Origin: Saprospiraceae bacterium
GTDB lineage: Bacteria > Bacteroidota > Bacteroidia > Chitinophagales > Saprospiraceae
Direction of reading: 5' to 3'
Assembly: GCA_020630435.1 (NCBI GenBank)
Contig: JAHDBJ010000005.1
Coordinates: 93,440 to 157,439, forward strand
DNA length: 64,000 bases
In this document: positions 47,962 through 56,169 of the stretch, piece after piece
Position numbering within the stretch: position 1 is the first letter of the stretch
Layout: each line of letters begins with the position of its first letter
Made by a program: the position numbers and the translations under genes
The notes under the pieces: model-generated
Database searches by the model: none
What the model was told of the DNA's origin: nothing
The model's input: the letters and a program-made list of their open reading frames with translations, nothing else

Positions 47962-50900
47962 ATGCTTTTTAGACTATCTACTATAAAAATACTCTTCTAT
48001 ATAGTTTTTCAATTTTTTTGTCTTACTATAGTCGCACAAAGTGCTGATTTAGTGATTCAAAAAACAGGACCGAACACAAAATATGTTGGGGAAGCAATGA
48101 CCTATACTATAGTGATTACAAACAATGGACCTGATGCCGCAGATGGTGCCACTTTTCAGGATATCCTTCCAGAATATGTAGGAAATGTGACTTGGGGTAG
48201 TTGTACGGCCTCTGGAGGAGCAGTTTGCCCTTCTACATCTGATTATACATTTACCACGGTGAATATTGGTGGTGTAGATAGAATTCAATTGGATGGAACT
48301 ATTCCAACATTCCCTAATGATGGTGAGATTACATTTACTTTAAATATGAATGCACCAACTGCACAATATGGAGGCTCATCTTTTTCTAATACAGCTACAG
48401 TTGCTCCTCCTACAGGCGTAGCAGAGATCGCAAATGCTACTAATGAGTCTACTTGGAATGTTACCTTATTAAAAGACATAGATTTAACCTCTACGACTTC
48501 GTGTACTTCAAGTTCTACTATGACAGATTGCACCACCTTTCCTAAGGTTTTAGATTATACTGTTACTTGGACTAACAATGGTCCATCAGTAGCAGATGAT
48601 TACAGATTGTCATACCAACTCAGTAGGTTAGCAACTAATATAACAGGTACAGGCAATGTAAGCTATAATTTTCCTTTTGAAATACAAGCCATGTCTTGGA
48701 CAGTATCAGATCCTAGTGTAACTACTCCAACAGCAATATTTCAAAATGGCTTTGGAAGTACTACAAATGTAACAGTAACATCTTCGAGTGGAGGATACCA
48801 ACAATTCTTAAGCCTAGGAACTGGTAATACTATTAGCAGTTGGCCTGCTGGAGAAAGTATTACACTAACGTTCTCTTTAGTTATTAATGAACCAACCGTT
48901 ACTGGTTGTGGAGAGAATTTTGATGTTGAATTTAGAGGGTTTAGTGATTTCACAGACCCATTGGGTGGTTCCAGTTTGAATGATACTAACACAAGTAATG
49001 ATACCAGTAGTACAATTTGTGATTTCGGTACCTGTACCTCCGACCTTTGTCCAGATTTAGTATCTGGAACTTCATGTACCTCAAGCTCTGATATGACAGA
49101 TTGTACTACCTTTCCTAAAATTTTAGACTATACTGTAACATGGACTAATAATGGTCCATCGGCAGCAGATGGTTATATGTTATCATACAACCTTAGTGAA
49201 ATAGCCACTAATATATCAGGCTCAGGTAATACAAGTTATGATTTTCCTTTTGAAATACAAGCCATGTCTTGGACAGTATCAGACCCTAGTGTAACTACTC
49301 CAACGGCTATATTTCAAAATGGTTCAGGGAGTACAAATGTACAAGTTGATGATGGCAACAGCTTCGAGACATTCTTGAGTCTAGGAACTGGTAATACGGT
49401 TACAAATTGGCCTGCTGGTGAAAGTATTACATTAACATTTTCTTTAGTTATTAGCGAACCAACCATTACTGGTTGTGGTAAGAGTTTTAGTGCTCAATTC
49501 AGAGGATTTAGTAATATTTTGACTCCATCTGGTCAATCAACTACTAATAGTGCAACAAGTATTACAACTTGTGATTTTGGTGTCTGTCTTCCAGGTCCAT
49601 GTCCAGAAACAGACCTTGTTTCTACGACTTCTTGTACATCAGAAGCAAGTGATTGTAACGAGTTTCCTAAAACTTTGAATTATACAGCAACATGGACAAA
49701 TAATGGTCCATCAGCAGCAGATGGTTATAAATTATTTTATAGTCTTAGTGAAATAGCTGCTAATGTAACAGGAACAGGTAACACAAGCTATAATTTTCCT
49801 TTTGAAATACAAGCTATGTCATGGACAGTATCAGACCCTAGTGTAACTACTCCAACAGCTGTGTTTCAAAATGGCTTTGGAAGTACTACCAATGTAACTG
49901 TAACGCCTTCTAATGGAGGATATCAACAATTTTTAAGCCTTGGAACTGGAAATACTATTACTGATTGGCCTGCTGGAGAAAGTATTACGTTGACCTTTTC
50001 TTTAGTTATTAACGAACCAATTGTTACTGGTTGTGGAGAGAACTTTGATGCTGAATTTAGAGGGCGTAGTAATACTATAGTTCCATCTGGAACTGTAGAT
50101 GTTATAGATACAAATTCTTTAAATAACCTTGATGATACTTTTTGCTCAATAGCATTAGACATTACAGATTTATCAATATCAAAAGGAGTATCTCCAGCAA
50201 TCGTCAATGTAGGAGATAATATTACGATGGAAGTAACTTTTCAGAATTCCCCAGGTTCGAGTATGAATGCGGATAATGTATATTGGTTAGATACAATACC
50301 TACTTCAGTCGAAGTGGATGTTGCTTCTATTAGTTGTGTTGCTTCTGGTGGAGCAACCTGCCCTACAGTAACTTATGATCCCGTCACAAGAATAATGAGA
50401 CAAGATTTTACAACTATACCAGCAGGGGGTCAAGTTATTGTAACTTATGTAACAGAAGCTGTAGCACCTTATACTTTAACAGACGAAACCTCTGCTTATG
50501 CTTATAATGAATGCTTAGATTGTGTCCCAGAAACCAACATAACAACAACTAATTATCAAATACAGGGAACAGGAACAAATTCTCTTGGAAACTTTGTATG
50601 GAAAGATAATAATATTAATGGCGTTCAGGACGATGGCACTACGGGAGTTGACGGAATAGAAATTAAATTATACGATAATGGTAACAACTACTTAGGATCT
50701 AAATTTACAGATGCAAATGGAGCTTATTTATTTGAAGATTTACCAAATGGTATTTATTATATTGAGGTTGATGGAATTCCATCAGAATGTCAATTGACAT
50801 ATCCTGATTTAGGTGGTAATGACGAAACAGATAGTGATGTAAATAAAAGTACTGGTCAATCAGGTACTTATACTTTGAGTGGTGGTACAAATGAACTTAG

Positions 50901-52722
50901 TGTCGATATTGGATTATATACTTGCCCAGTAGTAGAGATAAACCCTATTGCAGATGTTTGTGCAGATGCTACAAACATGGCATCTGTTACAGTCTCAACT
51001 GTAGATTTAGGAGGAAGCTATGTTTATACATGGGATTTTGGAGCAGGAGCTACTCCAGCAACAGCAACAGGAGTTGGTCCTCATACAATTACATATTCAA
51101 CTGTAGGAACTAAAACCGTTTCTTTATCTACATCTAGTGCAGATTGCCCTGAATCAACTCACTCAGAAAATTTTGAAATATTCGCCCCTACTCCTGTAGA
51201 CATTACAGGTACTTCAACAGCCAGTCTTGGTGTTGATTACACTTTTAATGCTACAGATATTGTAGGAGCTACTTATACATGGGATACTGATGGGGGAACG
51301 GGGACAAGTACAAGTAGCTCTATTGATATTTCTTGGTCAACTGGTGGAACGAAAACAATCTCTGTTACTTTAGTAGACGCTAATGGTTGTAGCAGTACCG
51401 ATACCCATGAAGTTGTAATGGATGATTGCCCAATTGCTATTATCTCGACAATAGCAGATCAATGTATTGGTATTGAAGAAGTAATAATGATTACTTCTGA
51501 TGGAATTGAGGATGTAGATGCCACTTATTCTTGGACTTTTGGCCCAGATGCTACTCCTTCGTCCGCTACTGGATTTGGACCTCATTCTGTTACATTCTCT
51601 TCTTTAGGAACGAAAAATGTGTCTTTGAATGTATCTAAAACAGGCTGTACTTCAAGTAGTGCTTCTACTTCTTTTGAATTATTTGATGAAGTTGTAGCAG
51701 ATATTTCAGGACCTTTAGATGGTGAAGATGATGTTGCCTACACTTTTACTACTCCTTCTGTTGCGGGGGCTAGTTATTCATGGTCTTCTCCTGGAGCTAT
51801 CGGCTCTAGTACAAGCAATACAATTGATATTACCTTCCCTGTATCTGGTACATATGAAATATGTGTAACTGTAACGACTGATAATTGTGACGTAAATGAT
51901 TGCCATACAATTATTATTTCTAATTGTGCGCCTCCTACCATTACTGGAGATGAAATAGGAGTTGCAACTCAAACTTATACATTTAGTGTAACAGGAAGTG
52001 AGTCATTTGTCTGGTCTGCCCCAACGGGTACAACTAGCAGTGGTTCTGGTACATCTTTTACTACATCTTTTCTAACTGATGGTGTACATAGAGTTGAAGT
52101 TTCTTATACGGTAAGAGGAGGATGCGGCACAATCACTGCTGTTCACGAAATGGTGATTGCTGCCCTACCTGTTGAATTACTAGATTTTACAGCAACAGCT
52201 CAAGAACGAATTGTTCTCTTAGAATGGGCGACTGCTTCAGAAGAAAATAACAGTCATTTTGATATTGAAAGAAGTCAAGATGGTATCTCTTTCCGTAAGA
52301 TTGGCTCAGTAAATGGTCGTGGAAATTCTGTAGAAATCATAGACTATGAATTTGTTGACAATAGCCCTCTTATTGGAACAAATTACTATCGATTGAAACA
52401 GATTGATTTTGATGGAGGCTTTTCCTACTCTACTGTAGAAACAGTAAGGTTTAGAGCTCACAATAAAACGGTTGTAAATTTATTTCCAAACCCTGTAAAA
52501 AAAGAGAAAGTACAGATAAACATTGTTACGAAGAGAATTGAAAAAGGTACACTTTCTATATTTGATATCAATGGTAAAAAACTATATACACAAACCCTAA
52601 ACGTTACTGAAGGAGAAAATCTCATTGATTTAGATGTTTCTTCTTTAACACAAGGTATGTTTATTGTACAGTATAGAAGTGAATCTGGATTGATTACTTC
52701 TAAAAAAATGATTAAATACTAA
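47962..52722 (+). CDS. Giant T9SS-secreted surface protein: DUF11 (conserved repeat) domains, 3x ~190-aa tandem repeats, SdrD B-like domain, several PKD-like domains, conserved pre-CTD domain, T9SS C-terminal sorting domain
   Basis: Signal peptide. DUF11-like DLVIQKTGPN...YTIVITNNGPDAA. SdrD-B-like NFVWKDNNINGVQDDGTTGVDGIEIKLYD...GAYLFEDLPNGIYYIEV. PKD-like TWDFGAGATPATATGVGPHTITYSTVGTKTVSL. C-terminal LFPNPVKKEKVQINIV...LSIFDINGKKLYTQTL CTD. Confidence 0.8.
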   Translation: MLFRLSTIKILFYIVFQFFCLTIVAQSADLVIQKTGPNTKYVGEAMTYTIVITNNGPDAADGATFQDILPEYVGNVTWGSCTASGGAVCPSTSDYTFTTVNIGGVDRIQLDGTIPTFPNDGEITFTLNMNAPTAQYGGSSFSNTATVAPPTGVAEIANATNESTWNVTLLKDIDLTSTTSCTSSSTMTDCTTFPKVLDYTVTWTNNGPSVADDYRLSYQLSRLATNITGTGNVSYNFPFEIQAMSWTVSDPSVTTPTAIFQNGFGSTTNVTVTSSSGGYQQFLSLGTGNTISSWPAGESITLTFSLVINEPTVTGCGENFDVEFRGFSDFTDPLGGSSLNDTNTSNDTSSTICDFGTCTSDLCPDLVSGTSCTSSSDMTDCTTFPKILDYTVTWTNNGPSAADGYMLSYNLSEIATNISGSGNTSYDFPFEIQAMSWTVSDPSVTTPTAIFQNGSGSTNVQVDDGNSFETFLSLGTGNTVTNWPAGESITLTFSLVISEPTITGCGKSFSAQFRGFSNILTPSGQSTTNSATSITTCDFGVCLPGPCPETDLVSTTSCTSEASDCNEFPKTLNYTATWTNNGPSAADGYKLFYSLSEIAANVTGTGNTSYNFPFEIQAMSWTVSDPSVTTPTAVFQNGFGSTTNVTVTPSNGGYQQFLSLGTGNTITDWPAGESITLTFSLVINEPIVTGCGENFDAEFRGRSNTIVPSGTVDVIDTNSLNNLDDTFCSIALDITDLSISKGVSPAIVNVGDNITMEVTFQNSPGSSMNADNVYWLDTIPTSVEVDVASISCVASGGATCPTVTYDPVTRIMRQDFTTIPAGGQVIVTYVTEAVAPYTLTDETSAYAYNECLDCVPETNITTTNYQIQGTGTNSLGNFVWKDNNINGVQDDGTTGVDGIEIKLYDNGNNYLGSKFTDANGAYLFEDLPNGIYYIEVDGIPSECQLTYPDLGGNDETDSDVNKSTGQSGTYTLSGGTNELSVDIGLYTCPVVEINPIADVCADATNMASVTVSTVDLGGSYVYTWDFGAGATPATATGVGPHTITYSTVGTKTVSLSTSSADCPESTHSENFEIFAPTPVDITGTSTASLGVDYTFNATDIVGATYTWDTDGGTGTSTSSSIDISWSTGGTKTISVTLVDANGCSSTDTHEVVMDDCPIAIISTIADQCIGIEEVIMITSDGIEDVDATYSWTFGPDATPSSATGFGPHSVTFSSLGTKNVSLNVSKTGCTSSSASTSFELFDEVVADISGPLDGEDDVAYTFTTPSVAGASYSWSSPGAIGSSTSNTIDITFPVSGTYEICVTVTTDNCDVNDCHTIIISNCAPPTITGDEIGVATQTYTFSVTGSESFVWSAPTGTTSSGSGTSFTTSFLTDGVHRVEVSYTVRGGCGTITAVHEMVIAALPVELLDFTATAQERIVLLEWATASEENNSHFDIERSQDGISFRKIGSVNGRGNSVEIIDYEFVDNSPLIGTNYYRLKQIDFDGGFSYSTVETVRFRAHNKTVVNLFPNPVKKEKVQINIVTKRIEKGTLSIFDINGKKLYTQTLNVTEGENLIDLDVSSLTQGMFIVQYRSESGLITSKKMIKY
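48481..50170 (+). repeat. Three tandem direct repeats of ~565 bp (48481-49053, 49054-49611, 49612-~50170) with long identical stretches
   Basis: For example, CCTTTTGAAATACAAGCCATGTCTTGGACAGTATCAGA(T/C)CCTAGTGTAACTACTCCAAC recurs three times. The minus-strand artefact ORFs 48741..48992 and 49923..50207 are near-identical. Confidence 0.85.
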
Positions 52723-52913
52723 AATATTTTTGTTATAAACAAGGAAGTTGTTTAAAAATAGAATGATGAATTATTTACAAGTCATTGTATCTTAATATTT
52801 CAGCTAATTCTTTTCGCTGTAGCTAAGGTTAAGAAAAAGAATAGAGTTTCATCTTGAAATACAAGCACTTATAACTAAAATCAACCTTCATTATTAAACA
52901 ATTTCAATTATTA

Positions 52914-52946
52914 GGTTCTGCATACAAGTAATGCAGAACCTTTTTT
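52914..52946 (+). terminator. Rho-independent terminator: GGTTCTGCAT-acaagta-ATGCAGAACC + TTTTTT
   Basis: Perfect 10-bp stem followed by T6, ~190 nt downstream of the giant gene stop. Confidence 0.7.
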
Positions 52947-53274
52947 CATACTTCATTTCTTTAAGGCTTTATAAGGTTAATTTTAAACGTAGAAATAATT
53001 GCATTGACTCCATTTTGTCTAATAACATCCATGACTTCCTATCTTTAGTTCACTTTTTCATACCACCTTTTCAGAACGATGTCTATAAAAATATTTTTCA
53101 TCGATCATTTTTAAACGATTTCTACTCAAAACTATAAAGACAAAACTCCAGATATATTACATACCTATTAAATACAAACTTATCTTTAGACCAATATCGC
53201 TTTTTATGTATATTGCACAGTTACTTTTACATCCATTACTTGTGGTACTTCGTTAAAAATAATTTAAAACAACA

Positions 53275-55707
53275 ATGAAACACATACACATCATCTTACT
53301 CTCTAGTATTTTTCTATTGCTCTTTTCTTGTAAAACGGCTGTCAAGAATAGTGATAATACTTTCCAAGAAATCAAACAAATTGGCAAGAATTTAGAAATC
53401 GTAGTTGATAATGGTAAATATATTATTACGCCCTATAATGAACAAATTGTACATACCAAATTTTATCCCAAAAACAAAGAGGTCAAGAATTTTTCTTATG
53501 CTGTAAGTATGCAACCCGAAGCCCTTGAATATACTATTGATGATAATGGTAGCAATGTAGTAAAAGTGAATTCTAATGGTATCGATATTCTTATCACTAA
53601 GAAACCATTTAAAATAGAATATTTTTATAAAGATAAACTACTCATCTCCGAAAATAAGGGATTTACCCAATCTGACTCTACTGCACAAGTCAAACTCAAT
53701 ATTAGTGAAGATGAACTTCTTTATGGTGGTGGTGCAAGAGTTTTGGGGATGAATCGTCGAGGACATCGCTTAACCCTTTATAATCGGGCACATTACGGTT
53801 ATGAGACGGAAGCTCCTTTAATGAACTATACGCTGCCCTTATTCATTTCTTCTAATCAGTATGCTGTTTTATTTGATAATGCTTCTAGTGGATTTCTTGA
53901 TTTAGATAGTGAAAAAGACAATTCGGTTTTATACGAATCTAGGAGTAATGGCACGATGAACTATTTTGTTGTCGCAGGTAATGATTGGTATGATTTGACG
54001 GATCAATATACACAACTCACAGGGCGACAACCGCTTCCACCTCGTTGGGCATTCGGCAATTTCAGTAGTCGTTTTGGTTACCATACTCAAAAAGAAACAG
54101 AGACGACTGTCAATCAATTTTTCAAAGACGATATTCCTTTGGATGCTGTCATCATTGACATTTATTGGTTTGGCCCGAAGATTTTTGATTCAATGGGAAA
54201 TTTAGACTGGTTGCGAGATAGTTTTCCGAATCCTGAAAAAATGATTGCTGACTTTGATAAAAAAGGGGTAAAAACAATCTTAGTAACAGAGCCTTTTATT
54301 TTGAAAACGAGCAATAAATGGGAAGAAGCTGTTGACAAAGGGATTATTTGTAAAGATACCCTCGGAAATCCTTATGTTTATAAATTCTATTTTGGGAATA
54401 CAGGTTTAATTGATATTTATGATCCAAAAGCTAAAGCATGGTTTTGGGATATTTATAAAAAATTCACCAATCAAGGTATTGGTGGATGGTGGGGTGATCT
54501 AGGAGAACCCGAAGTACACCCTGCTGATTTGCAACACATCAACGGAACTGCTGACGATATTCATAATGCTTATGGACACGAATGGGCAAAGATGGTATAT
54601 GAAGGTTATCAAAAAGACTTCCCTAATCAACGTCCATTTATCTTAATGCGAGCGGGATATGCAGGTTCTCAACGTTATGGTATGATTCCTTGGACGGGCG
54701 ATGTGAATCGCTCTTGGGGAGGACTTAAACCCCAACCTGAAATCGCTCTACAAATGGGTATGCAGGGGCTTGCCTATATGCACAGCGACTTGGGGGGGTT
54801 CGCTGGTGGTGAAAAAATTGATGATGAACTTTATGTCCGTTGGTTGCAATATGGCGTTTTTCAACCTATTTATCGTCCACATGCACAAGAACATATTCCT
54901 GCCGAACCTGTTTTCCAAAAGAAGGCGACGAAAGACAAAGCAAGAACAGCTATTCAACTACGATATAAACTCCTCCCCTACATTTATGATATGGCGATTG
55001 AAAATCATCAATCTGGAAAGCCTTTAATGATTCCTTTATTTTTTGAAGAGTCCGATAATGAAAAGCTCTTGACTTATGATGAAAGTTATCTGTGGGGTGA
55101 TGATATTCTTGTTTCTCCCGTCAAAGAAAAAGGAAAACAAAAACAAGAAGTCTATTTCCCCAAAGGAGCAAATTGGACGGACTTTTATAGTGGGGAACAG
55201 TACACAGGAGGAAAGTCCTATACTGTTGATTTAAAGCCTGACAACATTCCTACTTTCATTAAAAATGGTGCATTTTTACCTTTACAGAAAACAGCGGAAA
55301 GCACGCAAAATTACAACATCAAAAACCTAGAAATTCATTATTACCACGATAAGGCGATTCTAGAATCGAAAAGCAGTTTATTAAATGATGATGGTGAAAC
55401 TCCCAATGCCATCAAAAAAGGAATGTCTGAACAGATCGACTTTACTAGTAAGGTTATGGAAAATAATTTGACGATTGAGCAAACACTTAATCGTAGTAAA
55501 TGGGATGGTGCGACGACAAGTGGCAACTATACATTAGTTGTTCATAATTTTGACCAAGAACCTTTAAATGTTACGATAAATGGGAAAAACTTAAAGCCTT
55601 CGGAATATACTCTAGATAAAAAAGCAAAGACTATTCGGTTTGACTATACGTGGAAGGGCAATACCAATATCCAATTGGTTACGCCTAATCCTTTAGGATT
55701 AAGATAG
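53275..55707 (+). CDS. Glycoside hydrolase family 31 lipoprotein (alpha-glucosidase/alpha-xylosidase-like)
   Basis: Lipobox LLFSCKT. GH31-type catalytic region GIGGWWGDLGEPE and the downstream RAGYAGSQRYG-MIPWTGDVNRSW block. Confidence 0.7.
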   Translation: MKHIHIILLSSIFLLLFSCKTAVKNSDNTFQEIKQIGKNLEIVVDNGKYIITPYNEQIVHTKFYPKNKEVKNFSYAVSMQPEALEYTIDDNGSNVVKVNSNGIDILITKKPFKIEYFYKDKLLISENKGFTQSDSTAQVKLNISEDELLYGGGARVLGMNRRGHRLTLYNRAHYGYETEAPLMNYTLPLFISSNQYAVLFDNASSGFLDLDSEKDNSVLYESRSNGTMNYFVVAGNDWYDLTDQYTQLTGRQPLPPRWAFGNFSSRFGYHTQKETETTVNQFFKDDIPLDAVIIDIYWFGPKIFDSMGNLDWLRDSFPNPEKMIADFDKKGVKTILVTEPFILKTSNKWEEAVDKGIICKDTLGNPYVYKFYFGNTGLIDIYDPKAKAWFWDIYKKFTNQGIGGWWGDLGEPEVHPADLQHINGTADDIHNAYGHEWAKMVYEGYQKDFPNQRPFILMRAGYAGSQRYGMIPWTGDVNRSWGGLKPQPEIALQMGMQGLAYMHSDLGGFAGGEKIDDELYVRWLQYGVFQPIYRPHAQEHIPAEPVFQKKATKDKARTAIQLRYKLLPYIYDMAIENHQSGKPLMIPLFFEESDNEKLLTYDESYLWGDDILVSPVKEKGKQKQEVYFPKGANWTDFYSGEQYTGGKSYTVDLKPDNIPTFIKNGAFLPLQKTAESTQNYNIKNLEIHYYHDKAILESKSSLLNDDGETPNAIKKGMSEQIDFTSKVMENNLTIEQTLNRSKWDGATTSGNYTLVVHNFDQEPLNVTINGKNLKPSEYTLDKKAKTIRFDYTWKGNTNIQLVTPNPLGLR

Positions 55708-55746
55708 AAAACTCAAATTTTTTCCTAACTATAAAATTTAAAACCA

Positions 55747-56145
55747 ATGAATTATTTAGAAATTTTACTCGCTGCTATAGCAGCATTTATGCTAGGCTTT
55801 CTATGGTATACGGCGCTGTTTGGAAAAGTATGGCAAGCAGAAACAGGTATCTCTGATGAACAAGCTCAATCTGGAATGGCAATGACACATGGATTAGCGT
55901 TCTTGATGATGTTGGTTATTGCTTATTTCATCAATGGAGGTGCAAACTACCATCCTATTGAAGAACAGACATTTGTTCATGGTGGATTCCATGGTGGGTA
56001 TACAGCCTTAAAATATGCTTTACCTGCTGTGGCTATTCATTATTTGTATCAGAAAAAATCGCTTAAACTTTTCTTAATTGATGGCGTTTATGTACTACTG
56101 TTTTTTGCTCTAATGGGTGCTTTACTTTATGGTCTGAAATTCTAG
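55747..56145 (+). CDS. DUF1761 membrane protein
   Basis: The MNYLEILLAAIAAFMLGFLWYTALFGKVW N-terminus is typical of DUF1761. Confidence 0.45.
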   Translation: MNYLEILLAAIAAFMLGFLWYTALFGKVWQAETGISDEQAQSGMAMTHGLAFLMMLVIAYFINGGANYHPIEEQTFVHGGFHGGYTALKYALPAVAIHYLYQKKSLKLFLIDGVYVLLFFALMGALLYGLKF

Positions 56146-56169
56146 TTATTACACAGCAGATACGTCTCA

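Noticed and set aside
48741-50207. Minus-strand ORFs 48741..48992 and 49923..50207 (and other short antisense ORFs inside the giant gene)
   Set aside because: Near-identical to each other only because they lie in the tandem DNA repeats. They are antisense to a long, well-supported CDS.
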